Assembly: GCA_965238005.1 (NCBI GenBank)
Contig: OZ250165.1
Span: 3,072,001 to 3,136,000 of the forward strand
Reading direction: 5' to 3'
Length of the DNA: 64,000 nt
DNA from: Longimicrobiales bacterium
GTDB lineage: Bacteria > Gemmatimonadota > Gemmatimonadetes > Longimicrobiales > Gaopeijiaceae
The translations under genes and the position numbers were made by a program. Below are positions 10,349 to 20,116 of the stretch, in pieces. The notes under the pieces were generated by a model, which saw only the letters and a list, made by a program, of their open reading frames with translations, did no database searches and was not told the origin of the DNA. Within the stretch, counting starts at the first letter, position 1, and each line of letters starts with the position of its first letter.

Positions 10349-10944
10349 GGAAGCGGGCCCTGGACCTGGTCGGCGCCTCGGTCGTGCTGACCCTGGCGTC
10401 ACCATTGCTGGTGCTGGGCGCCCTCGCGGTGCTCTTGGGGTCCGGCCGTCCGATCTTCTTCGGCCACCGGCGACTGGGCCGTGACGGCATCCCGTTTCGT
10501 TGTTGGAAGCTCCGGACCATGCGCGTGGGCGCCGAGGCCGAGCTGGAGCTCGAGAGGGCCCTCAACGAGCAATACCGGGGGAATGGCTTCAAGATTCCCA
10601 CCGGCGAGGATCCGAGGGTCACTCGAGTCGGAGGGTGGCTTCGCCGCAGCTACGTGGACGAGATCCCACAGCTCTTCAACGTCCTGAACGGCTCCATGTC
10701 CCTCGTGGGCCCCCGACCCGTCGTCGAGGACGAGCTCGAGTGTTACGGTGGGGACGCCGAGGAGCTGCTGCGAGTGCGGCCCGGCGTCTTCGGGGAGTGG
10801 ACGAGTCGTGGAAGGGACCGACCGCCCTACCCCGAGAGGGCGGCCATAGAGCTCGAGTACCTTCAGCACCGTTCTTTCATGAAGGATCTCGGGATTCTCG
10901 CCCGCTCCATCCCCGTAGTCTTCAAGGGTCAGGAGGACAGATAG
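10339..10944 (+). CDS. Priming phosphoglycosyl transferase (Bac_transf family)
   Basis: KRALDL, KLRTM, DPRVT..G..LR...DEIPQLFNVL.G.MSLVGPRP. Confidence 0.92.
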   Translation: MGIGKRALDLVGASVVLTLASPLLVLGALAVLLGSGRPIFFGHRRLGRDGIPFRCWKLRTMRVGAEAELELERALNEQYRGNGFKIPTGEDPRVTRVGGWLRRSYVDEIPQLFNVLNGSMSLVGPRPVVEDELECYGGDAEELLRVRPGVFGEWTSRGRDRPPYPERAAIELEYLQHRSFMKDLGILARSIPVVFKGQEDR

Positions 10945-10948
10945 GCCC

Positions 10949-12442
10949 TTGTTTACCGACACCTCTCCGGCGGAAGGCCTGCGCCGGATATTCCTAAACG
11001 CACTGTCGCTCCTCTTCGCATACGGGCTGCCCAAAGTCTTCACTGTGGGCGCCGTGGTGGTGGCGGCCCGTGTGCTCGGAACAGGGGAGTTCGGAGCCTA
11101 CGGGACGGCGGCGGCGCTGTCCGTGATCTTGAGCATCGTGTCGACCCTCGGGATGTTGCCCCTCCTGATTCGCGACATTGCTCGCCAGCCGGAGCGCGCA
11201 CCCGAACTCGTGAGGTCCGCCCACCTTCTCAAGACCATCGCAAACGGCGTGATGCTGGTGATCTTGGTCGTGGTAGCGAAGTGGCTGCTGGCCTACCCGG
11301 ACCAGATAGTGGCCACGGCCCTGCTGCTCGGCGTCTCCTACGCCATCGGCTCCTATGCCGAGAACATGGCGGCCTACTTCCAGGCGATGGAGCGGATGCA
11401 CGTCTGGATGCAGGCCAGCGCCGCATTCGGCCTCGTCACCGGAGGCCTGGGCGCAGCCCTCGTGTGGACGACCTCCAGCATGGTGTGGTTCGCCTTGGCA
11501 CCCATCGTCGGGCAGGCCGCTGCGCTCTTCTGGCTCGTGAGGCAGGCGCCCGGGCCGATCCGTCGGGGCGAGTGGGCGCCGTGGTCCGAGGTGAGGAATC
11601 TCGCCCTAGAGACGGTACCGTTCGCAGCCGCCTTCGTGGCTCTCACCATCTATTACAAGATCGACGTCCTCCTCCTGGCCGCGTGGCGCTCGCCGGCCGA
11701 CGTGGGCCTCTACACTGCGGCATACAAGTTCTGGGACGTGGCCCAGGCCCTCTCCCTGGTGGCCATTGCCGCAGTGTATCCACTCCTTTCCCGGATCGCC
11801 CCCCGGAATGGGACAGGCGAAAGGTGGGCGGGGACGAGAGTCACCGAGCTCATGCTCCTGGCCGTGGTGCCCGCCTGCGCGCTCCTATGGCTGCTCAAAG
11901 GGCCCCTCATCGAGACCCTCTACGGGGTCTCGTACGTCCATGCCACCCCGGTGCTGGGCCGACTCTCGCCGGCACTTCCCGCTCTCGCCGTCAACCTCCT
12001 CGCCGGATACATCCTGGGGGCCGCCGGAAAGATGACCCATGTCGCCGTGTTATACGCCGTCGGGGTCGTGGCGAACGTTGTCCTCAACGTCTTTCTGGTC
12101 ACATCCATGGGTCCTCTCGGTGCCGCAACAGCCAAGCTGGGATCGGAAGTGCTGCTGGCCGGCGGATTCCTCGTGATCCTCCGAATGCAAGCCGCCGTGG
12201 CTCCCACGGTGCATACTCTGGTCATCGCCGTAGTGGCAGGCGGGCTCGCCTGGGTCGTGACCTGGATTCCGGATACGACAGGGGGTTTGGTCCAGGCGCC
12301 GGTTTATGCGGTGGCCGTCGCTCTCCTCTACTGGCGTGGCCGCGTGGTGCCCGAGGGTGAGTGGCTCGCCCTGAGGGAAGCCGTCCAGCTCGGAAACAAA
12401 GGGGTCGAAGGGCGCGAGCCCGGCGCGGAGGGAGTCACGTGA
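10949..12442 (+). CDS. Wzx-type flippase
   Basis: Many TM segments; ARVLG..EFG, YYKIDVLLL, VGLYTAAY, GAATA. Confidence 0.87.
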   Translation: MFTDTSPAEGLRRIFLNALSLLFAYGLPKVFTVGAVVVAARVLGTGEFGAYGTAAALSVILSIVSTLGMLPLLIRDIARQPERAPELVRSAHLLKTIANGVMLVILVVVAKWLLAYPDQIVATALLLGVSYAIGSYAENMAAYFQAMERMHVWMQASAAFGLVTGGLGAALVWTTSSMVWFALAPIVGQAAALFWLVRQAPGPIRRGEWAPWSEVRNLALETVPFAAAFVALTIYYKIDVLLLAAWRSPADVGLYTAAYKFWDVAQALSLVAIAAVYPLLSRIAPRNGTGERWAGTRVTELMLLAVVPACALLWLLKGPLIETLYGVSYVHATPVLGRLSPALPALAVNLLAGYILGAAGKMTHVAVLYAVGVVANVVLNVFLVTSMGPLGAATAKLGSEVLLAGGFLVILRMQAAVAPTVHTLVIAVVAGGLAWVVTWIPDTTGGLVQAPVYAVAVALLYWRGRVVPEGEWLALREAVQLGNKGVEGREPGAEGVT

Positions 12443-13556
12443 AGGTCCTCTACGTGTCGAAGGCACTTTGTGTGGCGGCCTATCGGGACAAGCTCAAAGC
12501 CTCTCCAGCCATGTGGACGTCGTCGGTGTCATCCCGGAGAGATGGGGCGAGGAGGGCATCGAGGAGAGCGACGGCTCGGTGCCGGATGTCGTCTCCTGGC
12601 CCGTCCGCTTTCACGGCCACAACCACTTCCACCTCTACCGTCGACCGGGTGGGCTCGTCGAGGAGATGGCGCCGGACCTGGTTCACATCGACGAGGAGCC
12701 CTTCAGCGCGGTGACCTTCCAGCTCACACGGGTGTGCCGGCGCCGGCGAGTCCCGTCCCTGTTCTTCACCTGGCAGAACCTGGAGAAGCCGGTGCCTCCG
12801 CCCTTCGGCGCCATGAGGACGTACGTATTCCGCCATTCCGGAGGGGCCATTGCCGGAACCCGGCGCGCCGCCGATGTCCTCCGCCGCGTCGGTTACGCCG
12901 GTGAGCTGAGCGTCATCCCCCAGTTCGGGGTCAACACGCATTGCTTCGCCCCGAATGAAGAGGCCCGCGCGGCGGTCCGCGAGCGTGTCTCGGCTGGAAG
13001 CGCGGATCTGGTGGTGGGCTTCGGTGGGAGGCTGGTGCCCGAGAAGGGCTTGGATCTGCTGATCTCGGCCGCGGCGAGATACAGTCATTTTCGGCTCGTG
13101 ATTCTGGGCGACGGCCCCCAGAGGGCCGCCCTGGAGGCAGCCGCGAGGCAGGCCAGGGTCGCGGACCGGATCCACTTCACTGGGCACGTGCCTTCCCTCG
13201 AGGTCCCGCGCTGGCTGCCGGGCTTCGACGTGCTCGCCCTTCCGTCCCTCACCACGAAGCGCTGGACCGAGCAGTTCGGCCGCATCCTGGTGGAGGCCAT
13301 GGCGTGCGGCGTACCCGTTGTGGCCTCGAACGCCGGTGAGATTCCACGAGTCGTGGGAGACGGCGGCATCATCGTGCGGGAGGGTGACGCGTCCGCTCTC
13401 GGCGCCGCCCTCGAGCGCCTGGCGAAGGATCCCGGCGCTCGTGCGACGCTGGCGGCGCGGGCCCGCGCGAGGGCTGAGACAAGGTTCAGCCAGGAGGGCG
13501 TAGCCACCGCCACCGTGGAGTTCTATGAGCAGGTCCTGGCCCGAGCGACAGGCTAA
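12439..13556 (+). CDS. Glycosyltransferase family 4; frameshift at ~12500
   Basis: GTG start VKVLYVSKAL..., one C missing in aaagcctctcc, then GRLVPEKG, EQFGRILVEAMACG. Confidence 0.85.
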
Positions 13557-15085
13557 TGAGAGCGGTGCATGGCATCTTCACGGACTCGAGCGATCAGTGG
13601 ATCGCCGTGCTGGCCGTAGCCGCACTCGGCTACGGCGCACTGCTGGTCCTTCATGGCATCCTCTCCGGGCAGATCACCGCAGCAGCGGCAGGAGGAGCGC
13701 TCGGCGGGGCCGGACTGATCCTCCTGGTGGTGGGCGGGTGGGTCGACGGCCTCATCCTTGTCGCGCTCTCACTACCCCTTCCCGCACTCTTTGGCAACGA
13801 CGGGATTCGAATCACGACGGCGGCCCTCGTGACGGCGGCGGTGGTTCTGGCGTGGGCCCTCGGCCTGGCGTATTCCCGCCACGCGGTCGTACTGGGCCGC
13901 TTCCCGGTGAAGGCGACGGTGGCGCTGGTCGGTGTCTTCGTGGTGGCGACCCTGCTCGGACAGAGCCCGGTGACGTCGGCCCGAGAGACCCTGAACTTCG
14001 TGGTGCTCCTGGCACTCCTGGTGGTGGCGACGGACCTCTTCATGGGAGATCCGGACCGGATGGAGAGGGTCCTGGCCGTCCTCGTGTGGGTGGCCGCCCT
14101 GTGTGGGGTGCTGGCCTTATTGGAGACCCTCCGGATTCTCCCGGGCGAGTTTCCGCGATTCGACACGAGATTCAACCGCGCAGCCCTGGGGTTCGGGCAG
14201 CCCAATGGCCTCGGCCTCTTCTTGGCGGTGATGATTCCGCTGGCGGCCCACCGATACGCAAGGGCCCGCACCCGGATCGGGAGGGCCCTCCACGCCCTCG
14301 CCGCCGGAGCCCTCATCATCGGACTTGTGGGGACATTCTCCCGCGGAAGCTGGCTCGCGGTCCTGGCCGGTTCGGGGGTGTTCCTCTTGAGCCGGGACTG
14401 GCGGCTGGCGGCCCGTATCTGGCTCGTGGCGGTGGTCTGCGTCGTCGTCTTGGACCTGGGGTCGGGAGGGGCTCTCCGAGACACTGTAGGGCGGACGCTG
14501 GGCGACTGGGTGCTGGAGCAGCGCGTGGCTCTCATGCTCGCGGGCGTCCTCATGTTCCTGGAGCACCCGATCATCGGGGTGGGCCCCGGCGGATTCGCCG
14601 ACAACCTGGATCGGTTCGGGCCCCAGGTGAGCCAGTTGTGGGACATCCAGCCGACGCCGCACAACGCCTACGTACAGATGGCCGCCGAGACCGGTGTGAT
14701 CGGGCTGGTGGCATTTGTCGCCTTCCTCACGGTGACCCTGTGGGCCCTTCTCAAGGAAGTCCGACGATCCGGTCGCGAGACGGACCAACGAAACAGGCTC
14801 GACCTGCGGCGGGCCCTCTTGTGGTCGCTCGCGACGGTGTGCGTCGCGGGCATGGTGGTCTGGCCCTTCGCGCACGGCCCCGGCCAGCTCGTCATGCTGG
14901 TGGCCGCCATGGCGTACGTGCTGCCCCCTGAGCCTGCGGCGGAGCCGGATGCGGCGGAGCCGGACGCCCCGGAGCCGGACGCCGCGGAGCCGGATGCGGC
15001 GGAGCCGGATGCCCCGAAGCCGGACCCTGCAGAGGTGCTGGAACCGGGCGTGGAGGCCCAAGCGAACCCGGAGGCCGAGTCGTGA
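13556..15085 (+). CDS. O-antigen ligase / Wzy polymerase family membrane protein
   Basis: QPNGLG, TFSRGSW, HPIIGVGPGGF, HNAYVQMAAETG. Confidence 0.87.
   Translation: MRAVHGIFTDSSDQWIAVLAVAALGYGALLVLHGILSGQITAAAAGGALGGAGLILLVVGGWVDGLILVALSLPLPALFGNDGIRITTAALVTAAVVLAWALGLAYSRHAVVLGRFPVKATVALVGVFVVATLLGQSPVTSARETLNFVVLLALLVVATDLFMGDPDRMERVLAVLVWVAALCGVLALLETLRILPGEFPRFDTRFNRAALGFGQPNGLGLFLAVMIPLAAHRYARARTRIGRALHALAAGALIIGLVGTFSRGSWLAVLAGSGVFLLSRDWRLAARIWLVAVVCVVVLDLGSGGALRDTVGRTLGDWVLEQRVALMLAGVLMFLEHPIIGVGPGGFADNLDRFGPQVSQLWDIQPTPHNAYVQMAAETGVIGLVAFVAFLTVTLWALLKEVRRSGRETDQRNRLDLRRALLWSLATVCVAGMVVWPFAHGPGQLVMLVAAMAYVLPPEPAAEPDAAEPDAPEPDAAEPDAAEPDAPKPDPAEVLEPGVEAQANPEAES
14942..15031 (+). repeat. 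Six 15-bp tandem repeats encoding (E/K)PDA(A/P)-like units
   Basis: gagccggatgcggcg-like units read directly in the ligase C-terminus. Confidence 0.9.
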
Positions 15086-15303
15086 AGATCGGTATCAATG
15101 GTCGCTTCTACGGGGCGCCCCTCACCGGTGTGCAGCGCTTCTCCCGCGAGCTCTCTACCCGGATCTATGATCGACAGGGCGCCGTTCTTTTCCTGCCCCG
15201 TGGAACCGAGCCCCCTCTGGGGCTCCCCAGGCAGGTGGAGGTGGTGGTAGGAAGGACCCGTGGGCACCGGTGGGAGCAGCTCGAGCTTCCGGGAGCGGCG
15301 TGA
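15082..15303 (+). pseudogene. Glycosyltransferase (GT4-like) N-terminal fragment truncated by IS481
   Basis: MKIGINGRFYGAPLTGVQRF...HRWEQLELP; the stop codon comes from the IS end. Confidence 0.8.
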
Positions 15304-16789
15304 GCGGTACCCCTGATGGGTACCAACAGTTACACACCCCTGATGGGTGACAGTTCTTGTCAGGTAAGCTGCTGTTTTTTTTGTTACCTCCACCGGTGGA
15401 GTCAGAAGCTTCCGCTGCGCCGGAGCGCAGGGGAGTAGAAGCGAGCGGAGTTCCACGAAGGTAGCGGTTCGCGTCGACGTCTGAGGGGCTGGGCAGTTCA
15501 CGCGGCCTCAGCGTCGTGGATTACGGGACGAGGAGCCATCGTGATCGAGGATGGCAGCTTTTCGGACGTGAAGCCAACCGAGGGCGACGGGACCGAAGTA
15601 GACAGCCCAGACATCGTCGGCGACCTCCTCGAGGCCAATGTATTCGCCGCCGAGCAGATGAGAGACGTTGGCCCAGGCGGAGTGCCATCGGATGCCGCCG
15701 TTGATGGAGACCTTACGGGTCTCGAAGTGGGCGGGGTAGTCGGGGGTCAAGAGCTTGCTGGGGAAGGGACGGGTTGAGGGCTCGTAGACGGAGGCGGGCG
15801 GCCTCTGGCCGTGGGCCTCGTGGGGCCGGATCTCGTTGAAATCAATGCGGAAGGCATTGAAGCGTTTCTGCTGAGCGGATCGGTTTCCGGCGGGCGGGAT
15901 GGTGGCCTCAGCCTTGAGGTCTTTGTGCATGCGTTCGTGGCGGCCGTTCTGCTGGGGAGATGCGGGCTCGATGAGATCGGGCAGGATGCCGAGCTTGATC
16001 CACCAGACGGAGAGCCTGGAGAGGCGCCCTAAGGCTATGGAGGCAAAGGGAGTACCGTTGTCGGTACGGATGCGGTCGGGGATCCCGAACTCGTGGAAGA
16101 GGCGGGTGAAAACACGTCTGGAACCGGCGTAGGTGGTCCCTGAGAGGCCCTGACAAGCGAGCAGGTAGCGGCTGAAGCCATCCTGGACGGTGAGCGGGTA
16201 GCAGTAGACGCCGTCGAGGGTCTTGAACTGCCCCTTGAAGTCGGCGGACCAGATGGAGTTGGGCGCATCGAAGGGCGCGGTGGGTCGACCGGGATGAGAG
16301 GATTTACGTCGGCGCCGCAGCTTGTTGACCAGGCCCTCGCGCAGGAAGTGTCTGTGCAGGACCTGGGGCGCGGGTAGCGACCAGTCGGGGTGCACCTCGA
16401 GGAGGCGGCCTAGGATCTTGGCAGCTCCCCACCGGGGTCGACGACGGCGGAGCTCGAAGGCAGCCTCGAGGATGTGGGGCTCAGTAGCGTGGGGACAGCA
16501 ATGGGGCCGATGGGAGCGGTCGAGCAGCCCGTCGGGTCCTTGGGTCTCGTATCGTTCGAGCCACTTGTAGCCCGTCTTGCGGCTGATGTTGTAGCGTCGG
16601 CAGAGTTCGGAGTGGGAGAAGAGGCTCGCGGTGGCCTCGAGGATGAATCGCTTGCGTTCGTTCATGGGATCGGTCTCCAACCATGGCATGGGCAGCTCCA
16701 AGAGCGTGTCGAAGGAGCGCCACGTTACGGGTCGAGACTGTCACCCATCAGGGGTGAGAAAAGCGTTACCTATCAGTGGTAGGCTGTAC
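15300..16789 (-). mobile_element. IS481-family insertion sequence
   Basis: acccctgatgggt boxes at 15309 and 15336, inverted copies at 16743 and 16768; no target duplication. Confidence 0.85.
15508..16689 (-). CDS. IS481-family DDE transposase
   Basis: MPW...ISRKTGYKW HTH, WSADFKG, TVQDGFSR, RTDNG, PQQNGRHER; GGAG before ATG 16689. Confidence 0.93.
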   Translation of the reverse strand: MPWLETDPMNERKRFILEATASLFSHSELCRRYNISRKTGYKWLERYETQGPDGLLDRSHRPHCCPHATEPHILEAAFELRRRRPRWGAAKILGRLLEVHPDWSLPAPQVLHRHFLREGLVNKLRRRRKSSHPGRPTAPFDAPNSIWSADFKGQFKTLDGVYCYPLTVQDGFSRYLLACQGLSGTTYAGSRRVFTRLFHEFGIPDRIRTDNGTPFASIALGRLSRLSVWWIKLGILPDLIEPASPQQNGRHERMHKDLKAEATIPPAGNRSAQQKRFNAFRIDFNEIRPHEAHGQRPPASVYEPSTRPFPSKLLTPDYPAHFETRKVSINGGIRWHSAWANVSHLLGGEYIGLEEVADDVWAVYFGPVALGWLHVRKAAILDHDGSSSRNPRR

Positions 16790-16915
16790 CCTGTGGGCGA
16801 CTCCCAGGCCCTTGCACGGGAGACCGCCGCCGTGCTGGCGGATGAGGAGCACCGCCTCCGGCTGGCAGAGGCCGCGCAGGCGCGCACGGAAGGCGAGGAC
16901 GCCGACTGGGCCTGA
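16790..16915 (+). pseudogene. GT4 C-terminal fragment
   Basis: PVGDSQALARETAAVLADEEHRLRLAEAAQAR resembles the last helices of GT-B enzymes and begins at the IS end. Confidence 0.65.
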
Positions 16916-16916
16916 C

Positions 16917-17963
16917 TTGATCGAATTTGAACGAACCGACGATCCCCTCCTCCGCGATCTTCCCCTGGAGCATCGCGTGGAGCTCCCCGTGATGGGCATC
17001 CCGGTGGAATACCGCACCAATTCCCCGGACGTCCTGGCGGTGATCGAGGAGTCCTACGGCGTCTGGCGAGTCCTCGAGGATCGGCCCCGGCTCCTGGAGA
17101 CCGATCCCGTCCGGGTGACCGTGATCGTCTACGACGACGGAGAAGGCGTCTCCCAGGGTGACCGTACCGCAGAGGGGGGCGGCGCCAGGGACGCTCGTGA
17201 GCACGTACGCGTTCAGTACCGGGCGCCCGACGTAGAGCGCGTCTACGTCACCGCCCCGGGCTGTATGGGGGTCACGGACGTGCGTCGCCGTGAAGCCATC
17301 GCATACGTGACGCCGGCCCTCGTATCCGATCGGGAGCACTTCCGCTACACCTTCATTTCGGGGCTGACCATGGGACTCCTGTCCCCCTTGGACCGGCTGC
17401 CCCTCCACGCGGCCGCCCTGGTGCGGGGCGAAACGGCCCTCCTGTTGGCGGGTCCCAGCGGCACCGGAAAGAGCACGCTCTGTTACTCCGGAGCCCTGAA
17501 CGGTCTCTCGGTGCTCTCGGACGACTACGTCAATCTGCAGCGCCACCCCCACCTCCGGGTGTGGGGCATGCCGGATCACCTCCACCTGCCGTTGGATGCA
17601 CGGGAGCACTTTCCGGCTCTGGCCCAACACCGTGCAACGCACCTCTACAACGGGAAGGAGAAGATCGCCATCAACCTTCGGGAGATGGGAGCCGAGGCGC
17701 CGCTGCCGGTGGTGGAGCGGGCCGGCATCTGCGTCCTGACCCGAACGAAGGCCGAGCCGGCGCTCGCGCGCCTGAGCGCCGAGGAGCTGGAGACGAGGGT
17801 CCTCGCGAGCCCGGAGTACGGCTTCGACCGCTTCTCGGATAGGATCAAGGAAAGTGTGCACCAACTCGCGGAGAAGGGGGGTTGGGCACTGGACGTGGGG
17901 AGCCGACCCGATGCGACGATCCCATTTCTCTATAAGATGTTCGACGAGATCGACGAGTGGTGA
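16917..17963 (+). CDS. HPr kinase-related P-loop kinase
   Basis: LHAAAL...LLAGPSGTGKST...LSDD signature; start uncertain (TTG 16917). Confidence 0.78.
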   Translation: MIEFERTDDPLLRDLPLEHRVELPVMGIPVEYRTNSPDVLAVIEESYGVWRVLEDRPRLLETDPVRVTVIVYDDGEGVSQGDRTAEGGGARDAREHVRVQYRAPDVERVYVTAPGCMGVTDVRRREAIAYVTPALVSDREHFRYTFISGLTMGLLSPLDRLPLHAAALVRGETALLLAGPSGTGKSTLCYSGALNGLSVLSDDYVNLQRHPHLRVWGMPDHLHLPLDAREHFPALAQHRATHLYNGKEKIAINLREMGAEAPLPVVERAGICVLTRTKAEPALARLSAEELETRVLASPEYGFDRFSDRIKESVHQLAEKGGWALDVGSRPDATIPFLYKMFDEIDEW

Positions 17964-19063
17964 GTCGCTTGGCGAGTAAGCATAGGTTGCCCGCCACCGA
18001 CCCGATCAACGCCATCCCCTGGCGCTCACCGGATCCGCCTGAGCGTATCCTCGCGATCCGCCTCCAGGCGTTAGGCGACACCGTGCTCACACTGCCCTAC
18101 CTGCAGGCGCTTCGGAGTCTCCTCCCGAGAGCTACACTCGATTTTCTCACGCGCGAGGAGGTAGCCGACATCCCGAAGAGCGTGGACCTCTTCGACCAGG
18201 TATTCGAGATCGGTGGTGAGCGAAGCGCGTGGCGTCAGATGCTGAGCGCACTGGCGCTCCTGCCGCGTCTCAGACGCCAGCGATACGATGTCGTCATCGA
18301 TCTGCAGCGCAATCGAATCAGCCGGGCAGTGCGCACGATGCTGCGCCCCACCTCCTGGAGCGAGTTCGATCGTTTCTCGCCCGCACTCGGCGGCGAAAGA
18401 ACCCGCGCGACGATCGAGGCGACCGGACTCGGTGCGCTGGTCGCGTACCCTGTGCCGTTCCCGGAAATCGACAGCGCCCTGGAGAAGCTGCGCGACGGCG
18501 GCTGGGACGGAGCCAGCGGGCTCGTCGTACTGAACCCGGTGGGGGCCTTTCCGGGCCGAGCCTGGCCACCCGAATCCTACGCCCGTTTCGCCGAGCTGTG
18601 GGGCGCCCAGTCGGAGGCGCCCACCCAATTCCTGCTGCTTGGGGTACCAAGCCTGCGCGCAACGGCAGCCTTCCTGCGGAGCCGCCTCGGCGACCGGTTG
18701 ATCGATCTGGTCGGCCGCACGACGCCGGGCGAGGCGTTCGCGCTCATCGGTCGCGCCGTCCTCGTGGTGTCGGGGGACTCGGGGCTGATGCATATGGCGT
18801 GGGTCACCGGCGTCACGACGCTCGCTCTGTTCGGCGCCAGTCGAAGCGCGTGGGCAAGCCCACACGGCAACTACTCCGAGTGCGTCAACGCTTGTGCGCT
18901 GGCGGACGGCATCTGCATGGACGGGACCTGCCGGCAGGCGCCACCCCCCTGCCTGGCAGAGCTGTCACCGGGGGCTGTTCTGGAGCGGGCGCAAGCGCTC
19001 GTGCGTCGTACGGAGGGAGCGCGAAAAGTGATCTACTCGGGCGCTGCAGAGGGTCCGCGCTAA
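17957..19063 (+). CDS. Glycosyltransferase family 9 (heptosyltransferase-like)
   Basis: ILAIRLQALGDTV, YDVVIDLQ, DLVGRT, DSGLMHMA, LALFG. Confidence 0.87.
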   Translation: MVSRLASKHRLPATDPINAIPWRSPDPPERILAIRLQALGDTVLTLPYLQALRSLLPRATLDFLTREEVADIPKSVDLFDQVFEIGGERSAWRQMLSALALLPRLRRQRYDVVIDLQRNRISRAVRTMLRPTSWSEFDRFSPALGGERTRATIEATGLGALVAYPVPFPEIDSALEKLRDGGWDGASGLVVLNPVGAFPGRAWPPESYARFAELWGAQSEAPTQFLLLGVPSLRATAAFLRSRLGDRLIDLVGRTTPGEAFALIGRAVLVVSGDSGLMHMAWVTGVTTLALFGASRSAWASPHGNYSECVNACALADGICMDGTCRQAPPPCLAELSPGAVLERAQALVRRTEGARKVIYSGAAEGPR

Positions 19064-19123
19064 GCGACGACCGCGACAGATAGCCGACCCCGGACTCCCA
19101 AACCTGCTGACCGGAGAGCTCTC

Positions 19124-19660
19124 ATGGAGAATACGCCGTTGTCCCAGGGGCAGCCGAGCCTAGAGAAGGTCGCCGATCACGTTTTCCCCCGTGAGGTGGC
19201 CAGCCTGGTGGGAGTCGTCGTCGGGATCGTCATAGGGATCGGGAACGCGATGCTGGGCCTGCTCTTCCCCTCGTGGCTCGCCACACTGGGGCTTCTGTGC
19301 GCAGCCCTGGCGCTGGTCCTGGTCCTCCACGAAGGCCTGCACGGAGCTGCTGGGATGCTGTTTGGTTACCGGCCCATATTCGGGATACAGCCCCCTCTCG
19401 TCTTCACCACGTTCAAGGAGAAGATCGCTCGGAATCACCTCGCCGCCATCGCGTTGGCACCCCTGGTGATCCTGGACGCCGCATTCGTCACGGCCTTCGT
19501 GCTCGTCCCCGGGGAGATCTTCTGGGATCTCTGCTTCGCGGTGAACACCATCGGCGCCGTAGGCGATGTGTGGATCGTAACGAGAGTCCTTAGCCACCCT
19601 CCGGAGACGGTCTTCCAGGACACGAAGAGCGGGGTGGAGGCGTGGCTGCCGTTGGCCTGA
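19124..19660 (+). CDS. DUF3267-like membrane putative zinc peptidase
   Basis: TM helices with HEGLH, ALAP, N..GAVGD. Confidence 0.7.
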   Translation: MENTPLSQGQPSLEKVADHVFPREVASLVGVVVGIVIGIGNAMLGLLFPSWLATLGLLCAALALVLVLHEGLHGAAGMLFGYRPIFGIQPPLVFTTFKEKIARNHLAAIALAPLVILDAAFVTAFVLVPGEIFWDLCFAVNTIGAVGDVWIVTRVLSHPPETVFQDTKSGVEAWLPLA

Positions 19661-19705
19661 CGAGGGGGGCGTGAAGTGGAGACCGGGCGGCCACCCGTCA
19701 GGCGG

Positions 19706-20116
19706 CTAGGAGCCCTCTTCATCGTGAAGTGAGACGGCGCACGCCAGATAGAGGACCCACCCGAGAAAGCCCGGCACCAGTAGCAGCCAGCCGATCGCCA
19801 CCTCGAGCTGGAACCAGGACAGGATCACCTTTCCGGTGTACGCGAAGCGCACAGTCGCGTATACCGTAAGAGCCAGAAACCACAGAATCGTAAGGTTCTG
19901 GCCCACGCATCCCGGGTTCCAGCCCGTTTGAGCGGTGAGGGCCGACAGGAGCAGCAGCTCGGGAATCAGGACCAGGATCGCTCCTACCACCGATGCCCAT
20001 CCCGGGATCGACACCTCCTGTGCAGCCGCAACTGCTTCGACGACTCCCACATTGCCTACAATGGCCAAGAGAATGAGAAGGCCGAAGACGACCTTCTTGC
20101 CTTCGGAATCGAGCAT
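19706..20116 (-). CDS. Hypothetical 4-TM membrane protein
   Basis: Hydrophobic ORF from MLDSEGKK. Confidence 0.55.
   Translation of the reverse strand: MLDSEGKKVVFGLLILLAIVGNVGVVEAVAAAQEVSIPGWASVVGAILVLIPELLLLSALTAQTGWNPGCVGQNLTILWFLALTVYATVRFAYTGKVILSWFQLEVAIGWLLLVPGFLGWVLYLACAVSLHDEEGS

Noticed and set aside
14942..15031. Possible CRISPR array (also 41641-41694)
   Set aside because: Contiguous 15- or 18-bp units without unique spacers; no cas genes
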